DNA of 64,000 nt, taken from positions 26,859 through 90,858 of the forward strand of contig DAOSEC010000003.1 in NCBI GenBank assembly GCA_035362935.1, read 5' to 3'. The notes under the pieces are model-generated. The model was not told the DNA's origin, searched no databases, and saw only the letters and a program-made list of their open reading frames with translations. Below, in pieces: positions 19,639-28,184 of the stretch. Position 1 is the stretch's first letter, and every line of letters begins with the position of its first letter. The position numbers and the translations under genes are program-made. The DNA is from Bacilli bacterium (GTDB lineage: Bacteria; Bacillota_I; Bacilli_A; ML615J-28; CAG-313).

Positions 19639-20925
19639 TTGTTTACAAATGTACATGACTTAATTAGTTGGGTGGAACACCAAAGACGGTTCTCACCCAA
19701 AATGTCACTTGAAAAAGTACAAGCTTTATGTAAAGTTTATGGCAATCCACAAGAGTCGTTTCGTTCGATTCATGTTGGAGGAACCAATGGAAAGGGTTCC
19801 GTTACCGATTATTTAAAAAATATATGTTTAGAACATGGACTACATGTTGGAACTTACATTTCTCCATTTGTCACTCGCTTTAACGAACGCATCACTTATG
19901 ATGGGGTTGACATAAGTGATGAAGATTTTCTTCGCTATGGAAACATTATTTTAAAACAGTATCCTGAAATTGAACGTTTGGGCATTGAACTTCCAACCTT
20001 CTTTGAATTTGTTACCATTTTAGCATATCTTTATTTTAAAGATATCAAAGAGCTCGATTTGGTTATTTTCGAAGTGGGACTTGGTGGGCTCTTAGATGCA
20101 ACCAACGTCATCAAACCGATGTTATCGATTATTACAAACATTTCCTATGACCATATGAATGTATTAGGAAACACCCTAGAAAGCATTGCGATGAACAAAC
20201 TTGGAATCGTAAAACCCGGAGTTGCCTTAATCAGCGGCGTAAAAGAACCATTCTTACGCACATTGTTCCAAGAAGTTGCATCGAACAAAGGGTCAAATTG
20301 TACCTTTGTGGATTATGAGGCTCTTACGATCAAAGAGATAAGTTTGCAACAAACGCTATTTTCCTACAAACACCATAAGGATGTCGCCCTGCAAATGAAG
20401 GGATCACATCAAGCGGAAAATGCTAGTTTGGTGTTAGAAGCGATTGATTACTTAAATCAAAAAAGTAATTTCAAGTTTTCTTTGGAAAAATGTTATCAAG
20501 GGCTACAAAAAACACACTGGGTTGGTCGACTTGAGACCGTTTGTTCCAACCCAATCATTTTACTAGATGGTGCACACAACATTGATGGTGTCAAACGATT
20601 GAGCGAATTTATCTCTTCGGTAAAACAAGATAAATTTGTGACATTGGTATTTGCGGTATCAGCAGACAAAGAAAAAGATAAGATGATTCATCAACTAGAA
20701 CCAGTGGTCGATGAGATTATATTCACGCAGTTTGCATATGAACGCAGCGACAAAGCGAACTTAATCTATGAACTTTCAACTCATCCAAATAAACGAGTGT
20801 GTTCGAATGTCGATGAGATTATCAATGAAGTGAGCAAACAAACGGATCACTTAATTGTGTTCGCTGGTAGTTTGTATTTTGTAAGTGAGGTACGGCCAAA
20901 ACTCTTAGCCCTGAATCAAAGATAA
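19639..20925 (+). CDS. folC: Folylpolyglutamate synthase / dihydrofolate synthase
   Basis: Mur-ligase P-loop HVGGTNGKGS. TTG start after AGGTGA. valS-folC synteny as in Bacillus. Confidence 0.88.
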   Translation: MFTNVHDLISWVEHQRRFSPKMSLEKVQALCKVYGNPQESFRSIHVGGTNGKGSVTDYLKNICLEHGLHVGTYISPFVTRFNERITYDGVDISDEDFLRYGNIILKQYPEIERLGIELPTFFEFVTILAYLYFKDIKELDLVIFEVGLGGLLDATNVIKPMLSIITNISYDHMNVLGNTLESIAMNKLGIVKPGVALISGVKEPFLRTLFQEVASNKGSNCTFVDYEALTIKEISLQQTLFSYKHHKDVALQMKGSHQAENASLVLEAIDYLNQKSNFKFSLEKCYQGLQKTHWVGRLETVCSNPIILLDGAHNIDGVKRLSEFISSVKQDKFVTLVFAVSADKEKDKMIHQLEPVVDEIIFTQFAYERSDKANLIYELSTHPNKRVCSNVDEIINEVSKQTDHLIVFAGSLYFVSEVRPKLLALNQR

Positions 20926-20941
20926 AAGGAGTACATAGAGT

Positions 20942-21619
20942 TTGAAATTAATGATCAAAGAAATGCCTGAAGTAGACCGACCGCGTGAGCGACTCATCTA
21001 TCACGGAGCAGAGCATTTAGCAACCCATGAGCTATTAGCCATTTTATTAAGGACTGGTTCGAAACAAGAATCAGTCCTTGATTTGGCAAAACGAGTGTTA
21101 CAAGTTGTCGAAGAACTAGAAACCTTAAATGAAATGACCGTTCATGAGTTAATGGCAATCAAAGGGATTGGCATGGCAAAAGCAGTTGAAATTTTAGCTG
21201 CGATTGAACTAGGTTCAAGAATCAAGCAAGCAAGCGGAACAAAGAAAAAAGTCACGACTCCAGAAGATGTGTATAAATTAGTCAAAGACGAACTGATCCA
21301 TAAAGATCAAGAGTATTTGATAGCAATTTATTTAAACGTCAAAAGTGAAGTGATCATGAAAAAGACGATTTATATTGGAACAATTAACGCAACCATCATA
21401 CATCCACGTGAAATTTTCAAATGGGCGTATAAATATTCAAGTTTTGCGATTATATTGTGTCACAATCATCCCACTGGTGATCCAACACCGAGCAATGAAG
21501 ATATTGAGATGACGAAAAAGTTAATGGCTGTTGGAGAGACAATGGGAATTAAAGTGATTGATCATGTTGTGGTTGCGAAAAAAGGGTATTATTCGATTGG
21601 AAATCGACGTCATTTATAA
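20942..21619 (+). CDS. radC: RadC-family JAB-domain protein
   Basis: N-terminal HhH region and JAMM-like motif HNHPTGDPTPS. TTG start 10 nt after AAAGGAG. Confidence 0.88.
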   Translation: MKLMIKEMPEVDRPRERLIYHGAEHLATHELLAILLRTGSKQESVLDLAKRVLQVVEELETLNEMTVHELMAIKGIGMAKAVEILAAIELGSRIKQASGTKKKVTTPEDVYKLVKDELIHKDQEYLIAIYLNVKSEVIMKKTIYIGTINATIIHPREIFKWAYKYSSFAIILCHNHPTGDPTPSNEDIEMTKKLMAVGETMGIKVIDHVVVAKKGYYSIGNRRHL

Positions 21620-21652
21620 AACGCTTTCATAGAATACCGGTTCACATTTGTT

Positions 21653-21681
21653 TTGAAATTTGATGCCTAACATGTTATAAT
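21653..21681 (+). promoter_or_regulatory. Promoter of ppdK
   Basis: TTGAAA - 17 nt - TATAAT. Confidence 0.6.
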
Positions 21682-21729
21682 ATTTATAAGTGTAACATAC
21701 ACAGATAAAGGAAAGGAAGATTAAAAAAG

Positions 21730-24354
21730 ATGACTAAATTTGTTTACTTATTTAGAGAAGGTAATGCTTCTATGAAAAATCTTTTGGGTGGTAAGGGTGC
21801 GAACTTAGCAGAAATGACTAGTTTAGGGTTACCAGTTCCAGAAGGATTTACAGTTTCAACCGAAGCTTGTACCAAATACTATCAAGATGGTAAAAAAATG
21901 TCGCAAGAAGTCGTAGATCAAATTTTCGCCTCGCTTGCTGATGTCGAACGAACACAAGGAAAAAAATTAGGAGATCCGAAAAATCCGCTACTCGTATCGG
22001 TACGAAGTGGTTCTAGAGCGTCTATGCCTGGGATGATGGATACGATTTTAAATCTAGGATTAAATAGTGAAACAGTTGAAGGATTAGCCGCCTTAACAGG
22101 AAATCCTCGTTTTGCGTTTGACTCATACCGTCGTTTTATTCAAATGTTTGCTGATGTTGTAATGGACGTTGAAAAAAACAATTTTGAAAAATTACTAGAA
22201 GCGATGAAAGAAGAAAAAGGAGTTCATTTAGATACCGAACTCGATGCAGCAGATTTAAGAAAATTAGTAGGACAATTCTTAGTATTATACAAGAAATTAA
22301 AAGGGGAAGATTTCCCACAAGATCCAAAAGTTCAATTAATCGAAGCAGTCAAAGCGGTATTCCGTTCATGGGACAACCCAAGAGCAAACGTATACCGTCG
22401 TTTGAATAACATTCCATATGACTGGGGAACAGCGGTAAACGTTCAAGCCATGGTATTTGGAAACATGGGAGATGATTCAGGTACAGGTGTTGCCTTTTCA
22501 CGTAACCCAGCAACAGGGGAAGCTGAATTATACGGAGAATATCTATTCAATGCCCAAGGGGAAGATGTTGTTGCCGGAATTCGTACACCAAAACCAATTA
22601 GTGAATTAAGAGTAGACAATCCTGCATTGTATGAAGAATTTGCGAATGTTGCGAAAAAACTAGAAGCACATTACAAAGATATGCAAGATATGGAATTTAC
22701 AATTGAAAAAGGTAAATTATACATGTTACAAACTCGTAACGGGAAACGTACTGCTCAAGCTGCGTTAAAAGTTGCGATTGACTTGGTAAACGAAGGTGTA
22801 TTAACGAAAAAAGAAGCGGTTTTAAAAGTAGAACCAAAATCGTTAGACGCGTTACTTCATCCAATGTTTGATCAAGCAGCACTGAAAAAAGCAAAACCAA
22901 TTACAAAAGGGTTAAATGCTTCACCAGGTGCAGCAAGTGGAACCATCGTGTTCACTGCTGAAAAAGCAAAAGAGTTAAATGCAAAAGGTAAAAAAGTAAT
23001 CTTAGTACGTTTGGAAACATCACCTGAAGACATCGAAGGTATGGTTGTTTCTCAAGGTATTTTAACTGCTCGTGGTGGTATGACTTCTCATGCAGCCGTA
23101 GTAGCACGTGGTATGGGAACATGCTGTGTTGCTGGAGCAGGTGAAGTAAAAGTAAACGAAGAAGAAAAATTCATGGTTGTCAATGGCGTTCGATATAACG
23201 AAGGTCATGCAATTTCATTGGACGGATCAACTGGTTATGTTTACGGAGAAGCAATTCCAACCGTAGCAGCATCGATCTCTGGTGATTTTGGAACATTAAT
23301 GGCATGGGCAGATGAGTTTAGAGCCTTAAAGGTAAGAACCAATGCCGACAACCCAAGAGATTCTAAAGTTGCAGTTAGCTTTGGAGCAGAAGGAATCGGA
23401 CTTTGCCGTACAGAACATATGTTCTTTGAAGCAGACCGAATCAAATCAGTTCGTGAAATGATTGTTGCGAAAAACGAAGCAGACCGTAGAGCAGCATTAG
23501 AAAAATTACTTCCTTACCAAAGACAAGACTTTGTTGAGATTTATGAAGTGATGAAAGATTTACCAGTAACCATCCGTTACTTAGATCCACCACTACATGA
23601 ATTCTTACCACATACCGATGCAGAAATCGCTGATTTAGCAAACGATTTAGGCATTACGTTTGCTGAATTAAAAGCAACTGTTGAAGAATTACATGAGTTC
23701 AACCCAATGTTAGGTCATCGTGGATGCCGCTTAACTGTGACATATCCTGAAATTGCAGAAATGCAAACAAGAGCTGTCATTGAAGCAGCCATCATTGTGA
23801 ACCAAAAAGGTGGACATGTAAAACCAGAAATTATGATTCCACTTGTTGGAGAAATCAAAGAATACAACTATGTGAAAGAATTTGTTGTGAAAACTGCCGA
23901 AAAAGTTATGGCAGAAAAAGGCGTACGAGTTGATTACATCGTTGGTACGATGATTGAAGTTCCAAGAGCTGCCTTAACAGCGGATGAAATTGCATCCAGT
24001 GCGGAATTCTTTAGTTTTGGAACAAACGACTTAACACAAATGACATTCGGATTTAGTCGAGATGATGCAGGGAAATTCTTAGAAGATTACTATACGAAAA
24101 AAGTATTCGAACAAGATCCATTTGCACATGTTGACACCAAAGGTGTTGGAAAACTAATGAAGATGGCATGTGAGTTAGGTAGAGGTGTTCGTCCAAACCT
24201 TAAATTAGGTATTTGTGGAGAACATGGTGGAGATCCACTTTCTGTTGAATTCTGTCATGCAATTGGACTAGATTATGTATCATGCTCACCATTTAGAGTT
24301 CCAATCGCTCGTTTGGCTGCAGCACATGCAAACATCTTAAATCCAAGAAAATAA
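21730..24354 (+). CDS. ppdK: Pyruvate, phosphate dikinase
   Basis: 874 aa. Phosphohistidine loop GGMTSHAAVVARG and a PEP-utilising C-terminal TIM barrel (GICGEHGGDP). Confidence 0.97.
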   Translation: MTKFVYLFREGNASMKNLLGGKGANLAEMTSLGLPVPEGFTVSTEACTKYYQDGKKMSQEVVDQIFASLADVERTQGKKLGDPKNPLLVSVRSGSRASMPGMMDTILNLGLNSETVEGLAALTGNPRFAFDSYRRFIQMFADVVMDVEKNNFEKLLEAMKEEKGVHLDTELDAADLRKLVGQFLVLYKKLKGEDFPQDPKVQLIEAVKAVFRSWDNPRANVYRRLNNIPYDWGTAVNVQAMVFGNMGDDSGTGVAFSRNPATGEAELYGEYLFNAQGEDVVAGIRTPKPISELRVDNPALYEEFANVAKKLEAHYKDMQDMEFTIEKGKLYMLQTRNGKRTAQAALKVAIDLVNEGVLTKKEAVLKVEPKSLDALLHPMFDQAALKKAKPITKGLNASPGAASGTIVFTAEKAKELNAKGKKVILVRLETSPEDIEGMVVSQGILTARGGMTSHAAVVARGMGTCCVAGAGEVKVNEEEKFMVVNGVRYNEGHAISLDGSTGYVYGEAIPTVAASISGDFGTLMAWADEFRALKVRTNADNPRDSKVAVSFGAEGIGLCRTEHMFFEADRIKSVREMIVAKNEADRRAALEKLLPYQRQDFVEIYEVMKDLPVTIRYLDPPLHEFLPHTDAEIADLANDLGITFAELKATVEELHEFNPMLGHRGCRLTVTYPEIAEMQTRAVIEAAIIVNQKGGHVKPEIMIPLVGEIKEYNYVKEFVVKTAEKVMAEKGVRVDYIVGTMIEVPRAALTADEIASSAEFFSFGTNDLTQMTFGFSRDDAGKFLEDYYTKKVFEQDPFAHVDTKGVGKLMKMACELGRGVRPNLKLGICGEHGGDPLSVEFCHAIGLDYVSCSPFRVPIARLAAAHANILNPRK

Positions 24355-24366
24355 GGATATTTTTGA

Positions 24367-24395
24367 AAATGAGGTTTTATAAACCTCATTTTTTA
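24367..24395 (+). terminator. Rho-independent terminator
   Basis: aaatgaggttt-tat-aaacctcattt followed by a T-run. Confidence 0.85.
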
Positions 24396-24453
24396 TATTT
24401 TACCAATAAAATCAATGTTTCAAACGTATATATAGTGTAAAGAGGTGAACCAT

Positions 24454-26400
24454 ATGAAATGGAATAAACTTATTCTTGTATTTATTATCATGTTTACACT
24501 AATGCTATCAGGATGCACGCGCCTTCGTCCTCCTGTGAATGTCAAAGCAGATTTAGGTCTCAATCAAGTTCGAGATATGGAAGATTTGAAAACGTTATTG
24601 TCAAAACAAAATACTCGATTTGGGTATGATCTGTTTTCGATCTTTGGTGCTCGAAATGATGCTGGGATGGATGCAGCACCAGAATCCAAAGAATCTGAAA
24701 GTGGTGGTTCACATTCCACGACAAATGTCCAAGTTGATGGAGTGGATGAAGGAGACATCATTAAAACCGACGGAAATAGAATTTATTACATCACATATGA
24801 TCGATTGAGAGTTGTTGATTTAAATGGAGACGGTACGATGCAACTCGCATTAAACGTTCAACTCGATTCGGTTGAACAAACAGCGTATCGCTATTCCTAT
24901 TTTCATGATTTATACGTTACAGACCGTTATTTGGTTGTAATTGGTCAAACTTGGTATTATACCTATTATGATATTAATGGTACAATTAAAGGTTCTGACA
25001 TAGATAGTAGTATCGAACCAGGATTTGCTGGATTATACGCAATGTCTACACCAGTAACACTCATCTATTTATATGACATTCAAACACTTGAACAAGTAAA
25101 AACAATTGAAACCAGTGGTTATTATTTAACTTCACGTTTGATTGAAGATAGTTTGTATCTAATGACCAATCATTATTCTTGGTATGGTTATAACAATGAA
25201 ACAAATTATGATCCAAGACCTTGGTATAAAGTAGATGATGAATTATCCGTTCCTAAGTTTACTGACATTAAATATGTACCTGGAATGTATTATCAATCCT
25301 TTACCTCTATTGTTTCTTTAAAGTTATCGGAAGAAATTACAGTGAACCAACAAGTGTTTTTAGGTAGAGCAAGTTGGGGACAAGTCTATATGAATCATAA
25401 CCGATTATACTTTGCATCTACAGATTATGAATATGATATTCTAGGTGGATATAAACAAATTGGTACATTGATTGCGTATGAACTTAATCATAGCGAAGCA
25501 ACCGTTTCTTATGGTGGAGCAGGAACGTATCGTGGTTATATCATCAATCAATTTGCGATGGATGAAAACGATGGTTACATGCGAATTGTCACAACCGAAG
25601 GTTGGGGGGATTCTGTGAAAAATCGTTTGTATGTCTTTGAGCCAATCTTAGAAGGAAGCAAAAAAGTATTAAAAGAAGTTGCTGGAATCTTTGAGGGAAT
25701 CGGAAAACCAAGAGAAACGGTAAGAAGTGTTCGTTTCAACAATTTCAAAGAAATTGTTACTATCGTAACCTATGAACAAACAGATCCGTTTTATACGATT
25801 GATTTAAGTGACCCTTATAATCCTGTAATCCGCGGAGCACTTGAAGTAACTGGATTTAGCTTATACCAACACCCATGGACCGAAAACTTGGTAATTGGGA
25901 TCGGACAAGAAGCAGAAGGAACAATGATCACTGGATTAAAACTAGCGCTTTATGACATTACTGATATTGACAATCCAATTGAAGTAGGACAACCACTCAT
26001 TCTTCCAAACAACAATAACTCATGGGTTTGGAGTGAGGCACTCTATAATCACAAATCAATCTTAATTGCGAAAGAATACAATATGATAGGATTTAGTGTT
26101 TATCAATCTCGTTGGTTCGAATCCTATTACGCTCAAAACAATGATTATGTCTTGTTTGATATTGACGTAAATAGTGCGACCCCAATCACCATCAAACAAG
26201 TAATCTCTCACTACCCAATCTTTACCGAGACAAATCCTACTCAAGACTCATATTACAACTCCTATAACTACAGCATTGAACGTTCTGTTTATGCGAATGG
26301 ATATTTATATGCGATTTCAAGTGAAGCAGTAACGTCACATACGTTAGTTGGTGAGTTTACGCAAGTATCTAGATTATTATTCCAATCTCCTACAAACTAG
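24454..26400 (+). CDS. Lipoprotein with C-terminal beta-propeller domain (COG4880-like)
   Basis: I place the start at ATG 24454, 7 nt after AAGAGGTG, not at the GTG of the track. Lipobox LMLSGC. VQVDGVDEGDIIKTDGNRIYYI and the following repeats match the secreted beta-propeller family as I remember it. Confidence 0.7.
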   Translation: MKWNKLILVFIIMFTLMLSGCTRLRPPVNVKADLGLNQVRDMEDLKTLLSKQNTRFGYDLFSIFGARNDAGMDAAPESKESESGGSHSTTNVQVDGVDEGDIIKTDGNRIYYITYDRLRVVDLNGDGTMQLALNVQLDSVEQTAYRYSYFHDLYVTDRYLVVIGQTWYYTYYDINGTIKGSDIDSSIEPGFAGLYAMSTPVTLIYLYDIQTLEQVKTIETSGYYLTSRLIEDSLYLMTNHYSWYGYNNETNYDPRPWYKVDDELSVPKFTDIKYVPGMYYQSFTSIVSLKLSEEITVNQQVFLGRASWGQVYMNHNRLYFASTDYEYDILGGYKQIGTLIAYELNHSEATVSYGGAGTYRGYIINQFAMDENDGYMRIVTTEGWGDSVKNRLYVFEPILEGSKKVLKEVAGIFEGIGKPRETVRSVRFNNFKEIVTIVTYEQTDPFYTIDLSDPYNPVIRGALEVTGFSLYQHPWTENLVIGIGQEAEGTMITGLKLALYDITDIDNPIEVGQPLILPNNNNSWVWSEALYNHKSILIAKEYNMIGFSVYQSRWFESYYAQNNDYVLFDIDVNSATPITIKQVISHYPIFTETNPTQDSYYNSYNYSIERSVYANGYLYAISSEAVTSHTLVGEFTQVSRLLFQSPTN

Positions 26401-26441
26401 CAACAATATTGTTATGTACAAACTAGCAACAATATTGTTAT
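26391..26441. repeat. Tandem 25-bp direct repeat (26-bp period), each copy containing the palindrome AACAATATTGTT
   Basis: tacaaactagcaacaatattgttat at 26391-26415 and 26417-26441. Copy 1 includes the stop codon of the upstream gene. Confidence 0.95.
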
Positions 26442-26444
26442 CTA

Positions 26445-26473
26445 TTGTGGGTTAGAAGAATTCATGCTATAAT
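26445..26473 (+). promoter_or_regulatory. Promoter of the ECF sigma / anti-sigma operon
   Basis: TTGTGG - 17 nt - TATAAT, immediately downstream of the palindrome pair. Confidence 0.5.
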
Positions 26474-26507
26474 GATTTATAATTCATAAGGGTTAGGAGA
26501 TCTCATT

Positions 26508-27008
26508 ATGGCTAGGTTAGAAGAATTCATTGAGGGGTTAATCCTCAAAGACGAGGAATCATTTGAACAGATTTATAATGAGACGAAACATTCGGTGTAT
26601 GCATTGATTGTTTCGATTGTGAAAAATAAGGCAGATGCAGAAGACATTATGCAGGACACTTACATTAAAATGATTGCTTCGATTCACATGTATCAGCCAA
26701 AGTATCCATTCAAGAATTGGATTCTAACGATTGCGAAAAACCTAGCCATTGATTTTCTAAGAAAAAAACAATTTACAACTATTATAGGACTTGAGGACTT
26801 TGAATACATCGTCCCAAGTAAGGATATTAGTCCTCAACTAGCGCTTGAAATCAACGAGCAGCTCAATAAAATGACCGATATCGAACGCCAAATCTTTTTA
26901 TTACATGTTGTGGATGACTTAAAACACAAAGAGATTGCGGCAATCCTAAATAAGCCACTTGGTACCATTCTTTGGCACTATCAAAAAGCGCTCAAGAAAG
27001 TAAAGTGA
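26508..27008 (+). CDS. ECF-type sigma-70 family RNA polymerase sigma factor
   Basis: 166 aa with region 2 (DIMQDTYIKM...NWILTIAKNLAIDFLRKK) and region 4 HTH (HKEIAAILNKPLGTILWHYQKALKK). Confidence 0.88.
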   Translation: MARLEEFIEGLILKDEESFEQIYNETKHSVYALIVSIVKNKADAEDIMQDTYIKMIASIHMYQPKYPFKNWILTIAKNLAIDFLRKKQFTTIIGLEDFEYIVPSKDISPQLALEINEQLNKMTDIERQIFLLHVVDDLKHKEIAAILNKPLGTILWHYQKALKKVK

Positions 27009-27024
27009 AAGGAGGTGTCCATAG

Positions 27025-28149
27025 ATGAATAAGAAACAGCGAATAAATGAAATTAAAAACGCATTTGTACAGTCTACCCCTGATGTGATTGAACGTATTG
27101 ATTTGAGTCATATACAAAACTTAGGTCCAACGATTGATCCAAATTTATTTCTCTCCACAAAACCTTTTCCTCTGAGAATATCGTATAAACGTCTTGCATT
27201 CTTATTCTCTATGGCCATCATCTTAGTGATAGGAACCATTTACATCGGATCAATGTTACCAAAAACAGAAGCACCGATGGATAATGAGTTTTCGTATTCC
27301 GAAGTTTCATCAAGCGAAGCAACGCCTCTTAGTCACGCTATCATAGGTGGAACTGTGATATTACAACAATTCTTAGTTGAGTTAGGAGTTGATCCAATTG
27401 GTTTTGTTCCGAATCAACCAAACCTTTGGCAAATTGAATCTAGACTAGATCGTTTCTATCAATATGTTCCCATTTTACATCAAATGTTATCTCCTCAAAC
27501 CACAAGCAGCATCACTTTGGTCGAATCAGATCGGTCGGATTATCAACAAAAAATGATTGTTCCAGTCCAACAAATGAGTGGAACAGAACAAAACATGATT
27601 GTTTATCTCAATGTTACCAACAATCAAATCAAAGAAATTGACGGACTTGTCGTAATCGAAGAACATATGTTTTATTTTGATGCATCTTATTTAGAAACAT
27701 CAAAAGTAACCTATCGATTTTATCAGTCAAATGAGTTACAAGACAAACGAATCGAATTAACACAAGACAAAGCAACCAATTCAATTACTTATCATGTAAA
27801 AAAAGTGGATGGATCGACAATCATTAACGATAGCATCATTGAAAAAACAGAGGATCAAGTCAAACTTTTACTAATAAAAAACAGTCAGATTGATGTTTCC
27901 TTTGATGTTACGTGGGTTGATCAATTAGAAGCAACTTATGAAATCTCAACAATCTCAATGACTTTTCCAAATAGTACCGATTTTCCAGTTGTTGGAGATT
28001 ACAAATTTGAAAGCAGTCTTCTTGGTGAAGTTGGAACAATCAGAGTGTATGTTGATCTCGATCAAATGAGTTTAACCGACAAAATCCACATTAATGTGAC
28101 TCGACCAATCTATGGATCAAGAACCTATGTGTTCAATATCGAAGATTAA
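27025..28149 (+). CDS. Single-pass membrane protein, putative anti-sigma factor
   Basis: Position directly after the sigma gene. Short cytoplasmic N-terminus, one TM (LAFLFSMAIILVIGTIYIG) and a large extracytoplasmic domain. No ZAS HxxxCxxC motif. Confidence 0.5.
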   Translation: MNKKQRINEIKNAFVQSTPDVIERIDLSHIQNLGPTIDPNLFLSTKPFPLRISYKRLAFLFSMAIILVIGTIYIGSMLPKTEAPMDNEFSYSEVSSSEATPLSHAIIGGTVILQQFLVELGVDPIGFVPNQPNLWQIESRLDRFYQYVPILHQMLSPQTTSSITLVESDRSDYQQKMIVPVQQMSGTEQNMIVYLNVTNNQIKEIDGLVVIEEHMFYFDASYLETSKVTYRFYQSNELQDKRIELTQDKATNSITYHVKKVDGSTIINDSIIEKTEDQVKLLLIKNSQIDVSFDVTWVDQLEATYEISTISMTFPNSTDFPVVGDYKFESSLLGEVGTIRVYVDLDQMSLTDKIHINVTRPIYGSRTYVFNIED

Positions 28150-28182
28150 AAAAACCAGTTTCATCTAGAAACTGGTTTTTGT
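28148..28182. terminator. Bidirectional rho-independent terminator between convergent genes
   Basis: aaaaccagttt / aaactggtttt with A/T runs on both sides. Confidence 0.85.
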
Positions 28183-28184
28183 TA

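Noticed and set aside
26114-26124. GGTTCGAATCC, a tRNA T-arm-like 11-mer
   Set aside because: It lies inside the beta-propeller CDS (codes RWFESY). No acceptor or anticodon stems can be drawn around it. I found no tRNA genes in the window.
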